Sequence record: NC_055733.1
Length of the DNA stretch: 64,000 nt
Reading direction: 5' to 3' (one strand)
The notes beneath the pieces were generated by a model. It did no database searches. It was not told the DNA's origin and saw only the letters and a list, made by a program, of their open reading frames with translations. The position numbers and the translations under genes are program-made. Shown here piece after piece: positions 56,421-64,000 of this stretch (position 1 is the stretch's first letter; every line of letters starts with the position of its first letter).

Positions 56421-56945
56421 ATGTTAGCTTTAAGAATGATTCAATTTTGGACTTTGCTTCCTATTCATTTGTTTATGTGCCTAACGTGCTGGATCTTATC
56501 ACCAGTGCTTCCGTTATTCGCACTAAATAAAGAAACACTGCCTAAATGGTTGAGCTGGTTTCAAACTCCAGACGCGCCATTAGACGGTGATAGCGGACAT
56601 GTTGAACGTTGTACTGGATATCCTAGATATGTTCAGCGAGTGCTATGGCTTATTAGAAACCCTGCATATGGATTTGCTTGGTCCGTTTTAGCTTATCAGC
56701 CTAAGTCCAAAGATTTCAATTGGAAGGGCTCATTGGGTTATACAAACGGGAAAGAACACGGATTCGGGTGGTATTTCATTACTCAACCCGACGGCCATTT
56801 TCAGTTCTTTGTTAGAAAGCCGAGTGTATTCGGACAACAGTTTTATTTCAGATTCGGTTGGAAGATTATTGGCATTGCAACGGCAGGAACTTGGCATGAG
56901 CGTAAAAAGTTTGTATTTACACTGAATCCTATTGACGGAGGCTAA
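56421..56945 (+). CDS. Phage membrane-associated protein of unknown function
   Basis: Hydrophobic N-terminus; LP.WLSWFQTPDAPLDGD and WLIRNPAYGF motifs; AAGGAG SD. Confidence 0.75.
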   Translation: MLALRMIQFWTLLPIHLFMCLTCWILSPVLPLFALNKETLPKWLSWFQTPDAPLDGDSGHVERCTGYPRYVQRVLWLIRNPAYGFAWSVLAYQPKSKDFNWKGSLGYTNGKEHGFGWYFITQPDGHFQFFVRKPSVFGQQFYFRFGWKIIGIATAGTWHERKKFVFTLNPIDGG

Positions 56946-56946
56946 A

Positions 56947-57444
56947 ATGCTTGCACAGATGTTAAAACAGGATGAGGGATATAAAGAGACTGTATATTGG
57001 GATACTGAGGGTTACCCAACCATTGGAATCGGACACCTTATTCTAAAGAAAAGAACAAAAGACATGGGAGAAATCAATCGCGAATTAAGTTCCCATGTTG
57101 GAAGAGTAGTTAAAGACGGTAAGATCACAGGAGAAGAAGTGCTTGCTTTGTTCGAGCGCGATCTATCTGTTTTAAAGCGTAGTATCATGAGCCTACCGAA
57201 CTTGGCTGACGTTTATGTTAGTCTTGATATGGTGCGTCAGACGGCAATTGAAAACATGGTATTTCAAATGGGAGCTGTTGGCGTATCGAAGTTCCCAGGA
57301 ATGCTTCGTTGTCTGAAAGCGAAAGACTGGGACGGCGCTTATAGAAACGCACTTGATAGTGCATGGGCTAGACAAACGCCAAATCGAGCCAAACGAGTTG
57401 CCAGCGTTTTGAAACTGGGGTCTTATGCTCCCTATGGCTTTTGA
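56947..57444 (+). CDS. e: T4-type lysozyme (endolysin), gp5-domain-like
   Basis: DEG...YWDTEGYPTIGIGHL catalytic E/D/T, NMVFQMG..GV.KF, W.RQTPNRA.RV. Confidence 0.92.
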   Translation: MLAQMLKQDEGYKETVYWDTEGYPTIGIGHLILKKRTKDMGEINRELSSHVGRVVKDGKITGEEVLALFERDLSVLKRSIMSLPNLADVYVSLDMVRQTAIENMVFQMGAVGVSKFPGMLRCLKAKDWDGAYRNALDSAWARQTPNRAKRVASVLKLGSYAPYGF

Positions 57445-57446
57445 TT

Positions 57447-57754
57447 ATGATTACTTCCAAGTTAAGCCTAAGCGATTGGATCGCGATATGCACCGTAGTT
57501 GGTGGAGTCTTCATTGGTGGATATCGTATTGGCTCGGCAGAAGAAGCGGTAAACAAAGTTATTGATAGAATGGACAGAGTGGAACAAAGGGTTAGTCAAA
57601 GCGATAGCATTAACGTAACTCAAGACACCAAACTGGAATATCTACAAAAGCAACAAGAAAAGACTACCGAAGTAATGGAGAAGATGAACGAGGCACTTAA
57701 TAATTTAAATGGTCGATCAATAAATTGCAGGCTGTTATTGAAAGTCAGAAATAA
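57447..57754 (+). CDS. Single-TM coiled-coil protein, holin candidate (apparent 1-nt deletion at about 57712)
   Basis: One TM then coiled coil, directly after lysozyme; the corrected frame ends INKLQAVIESQK* just before the terminator. Confidence 0.55.
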
Positions 57755-57755
57755 G

Positions 57756-57785
57756 AAAAGGGAGCCGTTGGCTCCCTTTATTTTT
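57756..57785. terminator. Bidirectional intrinsic terminator
   Basis: AAAA-GGGAGCC-GTT-GGCTCCC-TTTATTTTT between convergent genes. Confidence 0.9.
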
Positions 57786-58077
57786 ATGCGTAGTCTACGT
57801 CACTGCGAGGACCCAGCATCGCGTTCAGCATTTCATAATGCTCCTGTGCCGAGAACTCAGAAAGAACTTCCATACGTTCTTCCGGTGTGAGTCTACCTAT
57901 CATTTGTCTGAAACTCATTTTGGTGAATTCTAGTCCTCGAACAGTGCGGAACCCAGCTTCATTCAAAAAGTCGATCAGATTTTGTTGTGTGTCAAGGATT
58001 TCACCGTCTACCTCAAGTTTGATAATAAGAGAAACGGTAGCAACGATATCCTTAATTAGTTCTAATTTGGCATTCAT
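57784..58077 (-). CDS. asiA: Anti-sigma70 factor AsiA
   Basis: IVATVSLIIK, FLNEAG, SFRQM..RLT.EER match T4 AsiA; syntenic. Confidence 0.88.
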   Translation of the reverse strand: MNAKLELIKDIVATVSLIIKLEVDGEILDTQQNLIDFLNEAGFRTVRGLEFTKMSFRQMIGRLTPEERMEVLSEFSAQEHYEMLNAMLGPRSDVDYA

Positions 58078-58334
58078 ACTTCATAACCCACTTCGCGCAA
58101 GGTAATATCGGCATTGAAAAGCGCATTACCCTTAAATCTAATTTGGTGTCCATCATTTAGCACGACTAGGCTTGATGTTACTACATTCTTGTGATCGCGA
58201 TAAAGTGTTACCTCTACCTCAGTCATTTGATAATCTTCTAGGTTAATATCAACCGTAGTTTTTACGTCAGAATCTTCCCAGTTCGGAGCAAGCCCTTGAA
58301 CAACAGCCCCGGTTACAATAATCATTTGCGGCAT
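58074..58334 (-). CDS. Hypothetical protein
   Basis: 86 aa, GAGG SD. Confidence 0.65.
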   Translation of the reverse strand: MPQMIIVTGAVVQGLAPNWEDSDVKTTVDINLEDYQMTEVEVTLYRDHKNVVTSSLVVLNDGHQIRFKGNALFNADITLREVGYEV

Positions 58335-58620
58335 CTAAAAGCTTTCCCTCTAATTCGGTTTCGCTAACAAGAGGAATGCCGTCTTCGATGTTAAAATAAT
58401 GTCCCTGTCGCTCAAGGTGTCGGATCACGGCAGCCATGTTATCATAAACATGATCTTTTTTGTAAGCTCGATTCTTTTGACTGAGTAGCGTGCCGAAATC
58501 ATCCTGTTCAAATATGAAATCGGCAATCATCGCTGCTCGCAACGGGAGTCTATAAGAGTTAACGGCGAAGACTTTATTCGCTCCGAAAGCATAGTATCGT
58601 TTCATTTTTACCATATTCAT
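58267..58620 (-). CDS. Hypothetical protein
   Basis: 117 aa, GAGGTG SD; 68-nt overlap with next gene. Confidence 0.6.
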   Translation of the reverse strand: MNMVKMKRYYAFGANKVFAVNSYRLPLRAAMIADFIFEQDDFGTLLSQKNRAYKKDHVYDNMAAVIRHLERQGHYFNIEDGIPLVSETELEGKLLDAANDYCNRGCCSRACSELGRF

Positions 58621-58640
58621 TTCTTCACCTCACAATCCAA

Positions 58641-58757
58641 TCAATAATCGAATTTGTTTTTGTGTTTCACTTTGCCACGTTTGGCTTCTTTCTTGCGATC
58701 AACCATAACGGTGGCTTTGTTGAATTCACGAGCATGTTTGGCAACAAAGTTATTCAT
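58641..58757 (-). CDS. 38-aa basic microprotein of a family seen in the T4 asiA-arn region
   Basis: MNNFVAKHAREFNKATVMVDRKKEAKRGKVKHKNKFDY*; GAGG SD. Confidence 0.7.
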   Translation of the reverse strand: MNNFVAKHAREFNKATVMVDRKKEAKRGKVKHKNKFDY

Positions 58758-58769
58758 TTCTTGTTCCTC

Positions 58770-59192
58770 TTAAAACGATAAAAAGATTGTAGCAGCAATC
58801 AAATAAGAAAGCAATAGCTGAATATTCAGTTTCTTATTTATTTCTTCACGTTCCTGCGGAGTCATTCTGTCAAACTTGTCGGCAACTTCATCCGAGATCT
58901 CTTTCGCGTCGGACAGACGGCAGAGATAATCGAAAATCAGAATATGCTTGAACTTGTTTCCAATCAGATATCGTTTGGACTCAATCTGATATGATTTGAT
59001 GAACGTCGCTAACATGAATAGCGAACACCAGATTTTGAATCCCAGTACCCAAGCAGTCTTACCGTCTACGAACATAGCGAGGACGTTACAAGCGACAATC
59101 ACTATGCCAAACACACCAAACCCACGGCACAATGATTGCCACTCGATTCGCTCTTGTTTCATAGCACGATTCAATCGAGTGGCAAGCAACAT
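58770..59192 (-). CDS. Membrane protein
   Basis: Three hydrophobic segments. Confidence 0.65.
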   Translation of the reverse strand: MLLATRLNRAMKQERIEWQSLCRGFGVFGIVIVACNVLAMFVDGKTAWVLGFKIWCSLFMLATFIKSYQIESKRYLIGNKFKHILIFDYLCRLSDAKEISDEVADKFDRMTPQEREEINKKLNIQLLLSYLIAATIFLSF

Positions 59193-59470
59193 TATTTCAG
59201 CAACTCCGCGAACTTGTCAGCGATACGACCGGCGCGTTCTGCATCTTGACGCTTGTTAGCCTGACGCTTCTGGATAACAGCGATATCCTTGTCAAGTTGT
59301 TCAACTTGAGCAATATCAGCAGCTTGACGCTCACGCAGTTCTACCACGTTTTGTTCCAGTTGACCAACAATATCAGTCAGAGCGCGAGGACCGATAGTCA
59401 GTTCATCGTCGCCGTTCAGGTGACGGGTAACACGTTTCTTGGCTTTCAGAAAAAATGCAATAATACTCAT
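59192..59470 (-). CDS. Coiled-coil hypothetical protein
   Basis: 92 aa, coupled to 52. Confidence 0.7.
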   Translation of the reverse strand: MSIIAFFLKAKKRVTRHLNGDDELTIGPRALTDIVGQLEQNVVELRERQAADIAQVEQLDKDIAVIQKRQANKRQDAERAGRIADKFAELLK

Positions 59471-60783
59471 TTCAAAAATTCCTTAATATCAGATTGGTAT
59501 TGCTTCTTGGGAGTAGTTGTCTTCCAGAAGTCATGCTCTTTTTGAAGCTCCACAACTTGTTTTTCAAGCTTGGATACTTCGTCCTCAGTCATATGATACA
59601 GGTTCATTTGTACCAGTTGATCTGCATAGCTTTTCAGATTATCGAAAGCATTGATCTGTTCGATTACCTGTTTCCTAGTCTGACGATTGAAAACAATCTT
59701 ATCTGCCAGAACTAGCTTAATGAAATCAACCTTTGCTTGTGCGAAATCAAGTTTCTCACGTGTGGCAATGATAGCATTGTCGATTCGCTTTTGCAAGACA
59801 TTAAATCTAAAATTCACGAAATCAACAATCAGATCGGATGCCTTATCGTACGGCTTCAAATTGCCGTTTTCATCGATAACACGGATATATTGACTCACGT
59901 TCTGAGATAGCTTAAACACCTTGATGATGTTTTCGTGGCTAACATCAAAATCACGCTTGAGAGTTACCTTAAAGCAAAACTCTCGGTCTTTCATCTTGGA
60001 TTCATCATAACCCACAATCTTGTCAGTTTCAACAAGTTTGTTGAGGTGTGTGACGTACTTCAAACGATCATACTTCGGAGGCAATTCATTGATAATCAAC
60101 TTAGTTTTTCCACTAAGCTCATAATCTCCCTCTACTTTCCAAGACTGAGTTTCACCTTCAATCGGCAGAATTTTACCGAAGAATTTAGGAAACTGAATCT
60201 CGGGTTCGTCACACTTGCCAGATTTTAGCACTTGTTCAACGCATTTTGCAACACTTTGAACGTTATGCGGCATGATCTTTGTGGCAAAGCCGGTAGCGAT
60301 ACCACTAACACCGTTAAGCAATACAGTTGGCAGAATCGGTAGATAATAACGCGGTAGAATAGAGCCGTCGGCAGTAGATTCTTCCAGTAATTCCATGTCC
60401 TTGAACATAGATTCGAATTTTTCGTGTTTGCTACAGAAGATATAACGAGCCGCAGCTCCTTCCTGAACAGCACGACAACCGAAGTTTCCACGACCCTGAA
60501 TAACAGGGAAGTTGTTGTTCCAAGTAGAAGCCATCAAACAAGCGGCATCCATCGCAGCCATTTCGCCGTGATTGTATCCGTATTCAGAAATAACACCAGC
60601 AATCGCGGCATTTTTCTTGAACTCACGACCGGCGTTTTTCAACACGCTAAAGAGCACGTACCGTTGAACTGGCTTCAACCCGTCAATCATAGACGGAAGA
60701 GCGCGTTCCTCGATTGTGTACATTGCAAATTCTTTAGCTTCATTGTTTACCAGACTTGAGATTCCACGTTTTGTTACTTGCAT
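59467..60783 (-). CDS. 52: DNA topoisomerase II medium subunit gp52
   Basis: YTIEERALPSMIDGLKPVQR, YNHGE, GNFG, AAARY catalytic Tyr, LPTVLLNG..GIATGF. Confidence 0.97.
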   Translation of the reverse strand: MQVTKRGISSLVNNEAKEFAMYTIEERALPSMIDGLKPVQRYVLFSVLKNAGREFKKNAAIAGVISEYGYNHGEMAAMDAACLMASTWNNNFPVIQGRGNFGCRAVQEGAAARYIFCSKHEKFESMFKDMELLEESTADGSILPRYYLPILPTVLLNGVSGIATGFATKIMPHNVQSVAKCVEQVLKSGKCDEPEIQFPKFFGKILPIEGETQSWKVEGDYELSGKTKLIINELPPKYDRLKYVTHLNKLVETDKIVGYDESKMKDREFCFKVTLKRDFDVSHENIIKVFKLSQNVSQYIRVIDENGNLKPYDKASDLIVDFVNFRFNVLQKRIDNAIIATREKLDFAQAKVDFIKLVLADKIVFNRQTRKQVIEQINAFDNLKSYADQLVQMNLYHMTEDEVSKLEKQVVELQKEHDFWKTTTPKKQYQSDIKEFLK

Positions 60784-60811
60784 TCTTTACCTCTTTTCAA
60801 ACAGTCATGCC

Positions 60812-60839
60812 ATTATACACAACTGCCTGAGATAGTCAA
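60812..60839 (-). promoter_or_regulatory. Sigma70-type promoter upstream of 52
   Basis: TTGACT-16-TATAAT with TG extension. Confidence 0.6.
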
Positions 60840-60841
60840 CA

Positions 60842-61354
60842 CTAGGATTTCTGACGACCAAAGAATTTGTACTTGGTACGCAACTCGGTAATCATTGCCA
60901 GTCCGTTGTTTTTGGCGCTGTATTCTTCGATACCCAGTAGATCTCGCATTTGCGCATACGTCATGAAGTATACACGGTGGCGAGCGTTAACTTCACGCAA
61001 TGCACGAATCAGACGTTGATTGTTGAAGATATCGGTAGCACGTTTGCACAGAAAATCTCCCAGTGCTTTGTTTTGTTCGGTGCGAGGATTGTTCATACGA
61101 TTCAAGATTTCTTTGAAACCGGACTTACGTTTCTGAATACCGACGTGGTTCACGGTAACAATTTCTAAGGTAAGATTCGACTCACCAGAAACACCAATCA
61201 GGTAAAAACCCGGAGTAGTCAGATCATGATTCACACTGCCAATTTTTTCGTTTTGGCAATTCTTGAACTCAATGATACCCTCTTTGTTCGGGAACAGTGA
61301 ACCGATGTAGGTATAACGACTACCAAGATTACCAATATACATTTTAGTTTTCAT
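60842..61354 (-). CDS. ndd: Nucleoid disruption protein Ndd
   Basis: LTTPGFY and VGIQKRKSGFKEIL resemble T4 LSKPGFY and VGNQRSKQGFSAVL; syntenic. Confidence 0.78.
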   Translation of the reverse strand: MKTKMYIGNLGSRYTYIGSLFPNKEGIIEFKNCQNEKIGSVNHDLTTPGFYLIGVSGESNLTLEIVTVNHVGIQKRKSGFKEILNRMNNPRTEQNKALGDFLCKRATDIFNNQRLIRALREVNARHRVYFMTYAQMRDLLGIEEYSAKNNGLAMITELRTKYKFFGRQKS

Positions 61355-61384
61355 TTCATTTACCTTTTGTTAAGAAGTGTTACC

Positions 61385-61413
61385 AGTATTGCATAGTTGG
61401 ATGATAGTGTCAA
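61385..61413 (-). promoter_or_regulatory. Sigma70-type promoter upstream of ndd
   Basis: TTGACA-17-AATACT with TG extension. Confidence 0.65.
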
Positions 61414-61444
61414 TAGATAATCAAATCGACTATTAACTAATCGG

Positions 61445-61595
61445 CTCCAGAAATCGATGATCGCAAGATTGCGAACGTAGTGAGCTAACTCATTGATTAC
61501 CTTAAGGAAGACAAAATAGATTCTCATTAAAGTATTATAAGAGATTTTATTTTGTCTTTCTCAATTAACTAGCGGCTATGCCGCAGTCTTCGACA
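61445..61595. repeat. Dispersed structured intergenic element, copy 2
   Basis: Homologous to 16355..16530; identical core 61507..61559. Confidence 0.9.
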
Positions 61596-61612
61596 ATCTA
61601 CTTGGAAACGAT

Positions 61613-61674
61613 TTGGAGCGATCCCATATGATAGCTATAACATCGTATTGCTATATCATACAGAATCGCTCCAA
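61613..61674. other. Long imperfect hairpin next to repeat copy 2
   Basis: TTGGAGCGAT/ATCGCTCCAA outer stem with inner TATGATAGC/GCTATATCATA pairing. Confidence 0.6.
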
Positions 61675-61684
61675 CGATTTCCTA

Positions 61685-61900
61685 TTACTGTGGAAGCGTC
61701 ATATGATCATAACAGTATTGAATGATCTCTTGTTGACGCTTATTGTCCCAATAAAAGAAGTCTTTATCGGTACCACGAATTGAATCTGCCAGTTCTTGTG
61801 GCAGATTATTGAACAACGCTTGTCCGAAACGATAGCTATCGGTTGTTTGCTGAATAGACGCTCGGATCAGATCGTACATATGTGGAACAGTGATTTTCAT
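61685..61900 (-). CDS. Hypothetical protein (71 aa)
   Basis: Start MKITVP after GGAG SD; YRFGQALFN motif. Confidence 0.7.
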   Translation of the reverse strand: MKITVPHMYDLIRASIQQTTDSYRFGQALFNNLPQELADSIRGTDKDFFYWDNKRQQEIIQYCYDHMTLPQ

Positions 61901-61901
61901 A

Positions 61902-62459
61902 TCAGTTGCTCCAATCATAGTCAACACCCAGGAAATCAAATACTTCCATGAGTTCTGCTTTTACGGTACGGGCACAGTTTGCATGTTTCATTTGCTTTAC
62001 GGTGGGGGGAGTCAAATGAGCCACCGCGTTGCCAAACGCTTCAATCCGACTGTGGCAAGCATCCATTGCCGAGCGTTGCATAACGTACAGCTCTTCCTCA
62101 GGAACGCGACACATGTACAGGTGGCAATGCATACCGCTTTCTGGGATCTTGTGAGTGCAAAGATGCAGAAGATGATCAGGATTAACAGTGTATCCGATTT
62201 CTTCTTTGCACTCACGTACCGCTGCTTCGATCAAAGTCTCACCTTCATCTACCATACCACCTGGGAAGCCAAAGCGAGAATCCCAGCGAACGTTCAGCAG
62301 AATTTTATGAGCCCAAACGTGTTTCTTGTCTTCTGGGAAAGAAGGGTCCGTGGAGTTGATATACGGCTGCACTTTATCACAGTAGAAGCATACGAAAGCC
62401 GCGTCGGATTTGCCACGAGCGCCGGATTCTACTTCGATGCAGTCATTGAACTTTTTCAT
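61902..62459 (-). CDS. Nudix hydrolase, NUDT16-like
   Basis: ILLNVRWDSRFGFPGG.VD plus Nudix box GGMVDEGETLIEAAVRECKEEIG. Confidence 0.85.
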   Translation of the reverse strand: MKKFNDCIEVESGARGKSDAAFVCFYCDKVQPYINSTDPSFPEDKKHVWAHKILLNVRWDSRFGFPGGMVDEGETLIEAAVRECKEEIGYTVNPDHLLHLCTHKIPESGMHCHLYMCRVPEEELYVMQRSAMDACHSRIEAFGNAVAHLTPPTVKQMKHANCARTVKAELMEVFDFLGVDYDWSN

Positions 62460-62488
62460 TACTTTATACCTCTTGTTGGTGTGAACTT

Positions 62489-62518
62489 AGTATACTGGAT
62501 TGGATTTAGTTAGCAAGC
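62489..62518 (-). promoter_or_regulatory. Early-type promoter related to the CTTGC family
   Basis: CTTGCT-17-TATACT. Confidence 0.6.
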
Positions 62519-62529
62519 AATTTTGGAAA

Positions 62530-62556
62530 TAAAAAAGCCACCCTAAGGTGGCTTTT
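62530..62556 (-). terminator. Intrinsic terminator after rIIB
   Basis: AAAAGCCACC-TTAG-GGTGGCTTTTTT. Confidence 0.88.
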
Positions 62557-62561
62557 AGTGA

Positions 62562-63878
62562 TTAGTTCTTGTTTCCAATCAGTGCTTTTACTTGTGCTTC
62601 GGTCATTTCTCGGAGAACGAACATCTTACAAGTACGCATCTTAGAGGAGCCGTAGTCAGCCGGAATAGATACAATGTCAGTTGGGCTAACAGTACATTCC
62701 AGAATCTTACCGCTACCGCCGTGAAAGTGAGGCAGATATCCTTTGCTACACAGGTGCAGACCACGAGAACAGGTTGCGGAACTTTCGTCACACTTAGATC
62801 GATCCATCTTGACTTCTGTGCCGACTTTGTAGAGTACAGTCCCAGAGTGGAAATCTTTGTAGTCGTTACGAACACGACGGTAAGCAACAACATCACCTTT
62901 ATCGTTTACGACGATATCTTTTGCTTCCAGGAACTTGAACAGTTCACCAACAACCCGCTTATTCGGGTTAGCCAGCAGTTTCTCAAGGAAACGTACCCAC
63001 TTTTCGAACGGCTTGCCTTCGTGCATGGATTGAATGATACGCTCGACGACAGAGTTACCAACTTCCATGCCTTTAAAATACACAGTATCGTTTTTGATTT
63101 CGATATTGGTACCAGCATAAGAGCTAACACCCTTAGCAACGTTGATCAGTCCCAGAGCTTTCAGAACATCACCGGCGATACACAGATCCAGCGCCTTGCG
63201 GAAGCTTTCGTGGCTGCTATCAGCGGTGAAAGTCTTGCCGTCTGCCATGATGTTGATGAACTTGGTAGAAGCGAACCACTTGAGTTCTTTAGGAGCTTCA
63301 ACTTTCGGCTCAACTTTAGCAGCAGGAGACCCTGGACGGCGAGCTTTTACACCAGCACGTTTCAGAACTTCGCCAACAGTGCTTTCAGAGCAACCAACCA
63401 GCGCGGCAACAGTCTTTTGAGATTTGTACTCGCCGGTCGAATAGAGTTCAACGATCTTGGCGTCTCGCTCGTCTGCTCGTTTGTCGGTTTCACGAAATCG
63501 AGCACCCAGATGATCCTCTTTCTTCTCTACTTCTGCTTTCGGTGCAACCGGTGCGACTTTTGCAACAGGCTTTTGAACATCAGCAGTTTTCGGCTTTTCG
63601 GAACGAATTGCTTCAATGATCTTACGCGCTTCGTGCTCTTTGATGCCCAGTTTCTTGGACAGAGCCACACGACCCAATTTACCAGCGACGATTTCTTGAC
63701 GCATAGCCTCAGTCACACCACCGGTTTTCTGTTTTGCTTCTCGTTCGGCCTCAGCTTTAACGAGTTCGATCATTTTGCGAGCTTCGGATTCTTTGATACC
63801 CAGTTCGCGAGCGAGTACGACACGACCCAGAGTGCCAGCCAGAATACGTGCTTTTTGTTGTTCAGTCAGTTTAGCCAT
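62562..63878 (-). CDS. rIIB: rIIB protein with extra N-terminal HTH-like repeats
   Basis: WFASTKFI, FLEKLLANP, FKFLEAKDI, D.HSGT, TCSRGLHLCS..Y, DIVSIP.DY..SKMRTC. Confidence 0.93.
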   Translation of the reverse strand: MAKLTEQQKARILAGTLGRVVLARELGIKESEARKMIELVKAEAEREAKQKTGGVTEAMRQEIVAGKLGRVALSKKLGIKEHEARKIIEAIRSEKPKTADVQKPVAKVAPVAPKAEVEKKEDHLGARFRETDKRADERDAKIVELYSTGEYKSQKTVAALVGCSESTVGEVLKRAGVKARRPGSPAAKVEPKVEAPKELKWFASTKFINIMADGKTFTADSSHESFRKALDLCIAGDVLKALGLINVAKGVSSYAGTNIEIKNDTVYFKGMEVGNSVVERIIQSMHEGKPFEKWVRFLEKLLANPNKRVVGELFKFLEAKDIVVNDKGDVVAYRRVRNDYKDFHSGTVLYKVGTEVKMDRSKCDESSATCSRGLHLCSKGYLPHFHGGSGKILECTVSPTDIVSIPADYGSSKMRTCKMFVLREMTEAQVKALIGNKN

Positions 63879-63958
63879 TTTACAGTTTCCTTCATTTGTC
63901 AGGTTTGATTAGTTTAATGCTTTTTGGTTTCATAATAAACATTATCTCTTTCTCAGCA

Positions 63959-63997
63959 ACATGGCGCTATTGTCTCATGTCGATAGCGCCATGTCAA
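63959..63997 (-). promoter_or_regulatory. Promoter upstream of rIIB with 12-bp inverted repeat around the -10 box
   Basis: TTGACA-17-GACAAT with TG extension; ACATGGCGCTAT/ATAGCGCCATGT arms. Confidence 0.75.
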
Positions 63998-64000
63998 CTA

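Noticed and set aside
57755-57890. C-terminal 45 or so residues of the 149-aa track ORF
   Set aside because: Runs through a strong terminator into asiA antisense; better explained by a 1-nt deletion at about 57712.
62592-63908. 438-aa + strand ORF antisense to rIIB
   Set aside because: Mirror of rIIB codon bias; no SD, promoter or recognisable motif.
1-64000. tRNA, rRNA or CRISPR loci anywhere in the window
   Set aside because: None recognised by eye in any intergenic gap; tRNAscan-SE/Infernal would be decisive.

Overview
This window is from a large T4-like (Straboviridae-type) lytic phage genome. It runs from the 3' end of uvsW.1 to just upstream of rIIB. Recognisable core genes, in order: uvsY, dda, alt, 30 (ligase), 30.2, 30.3, rIII, 31, 31.1, cd, pseT, vs.1, spanins, a macrodomain gene, rnlA, denA, td, frd, 32, 59, 33, dsbA, rnh, 34, a very large 35, two gp36/37-type distal tail fibres, a lysozyme, asiA, 52, ndd and rIIB. 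Accessory genes include NadM-Nudix, a CCA-adding enzyme, Pth2-like, YqeY and NUDT16-like proteins, a LemA-like/TPM-like pair and a Hef-type homing endonuclease. In this window there is no motA, alc, denB, nrdAB, gene t or baseplate-hub cluster at their T4 positions. Together with the cca and NadM-Nudix genes, this resembles large Aeromonas/Vibrio T4-like phages (inference only). Most notable observations: (1) a structured intergenic element of about 150-175 bp present twice, 45 kb apart, with a 53-bp identical core and compensatory base changes; (2) several promoters whose -10 box lies between inverted-repeat arms of unrelated sequence; (3) two separately promoted distal tail fibres with an identical docking N-terminus, the second broken by a frameshift; (4) a capsid-like peptide in frame behind the rIII TGA; (5) a Phd-antitoxin-like tail on an accessory protein. 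About six apparent frameshifts suggest indel errors in the assembly. No tRNA, rRNA, CRISPR array or intron was seen. All family assignments come from motif recognition from memory; no database searches were run.
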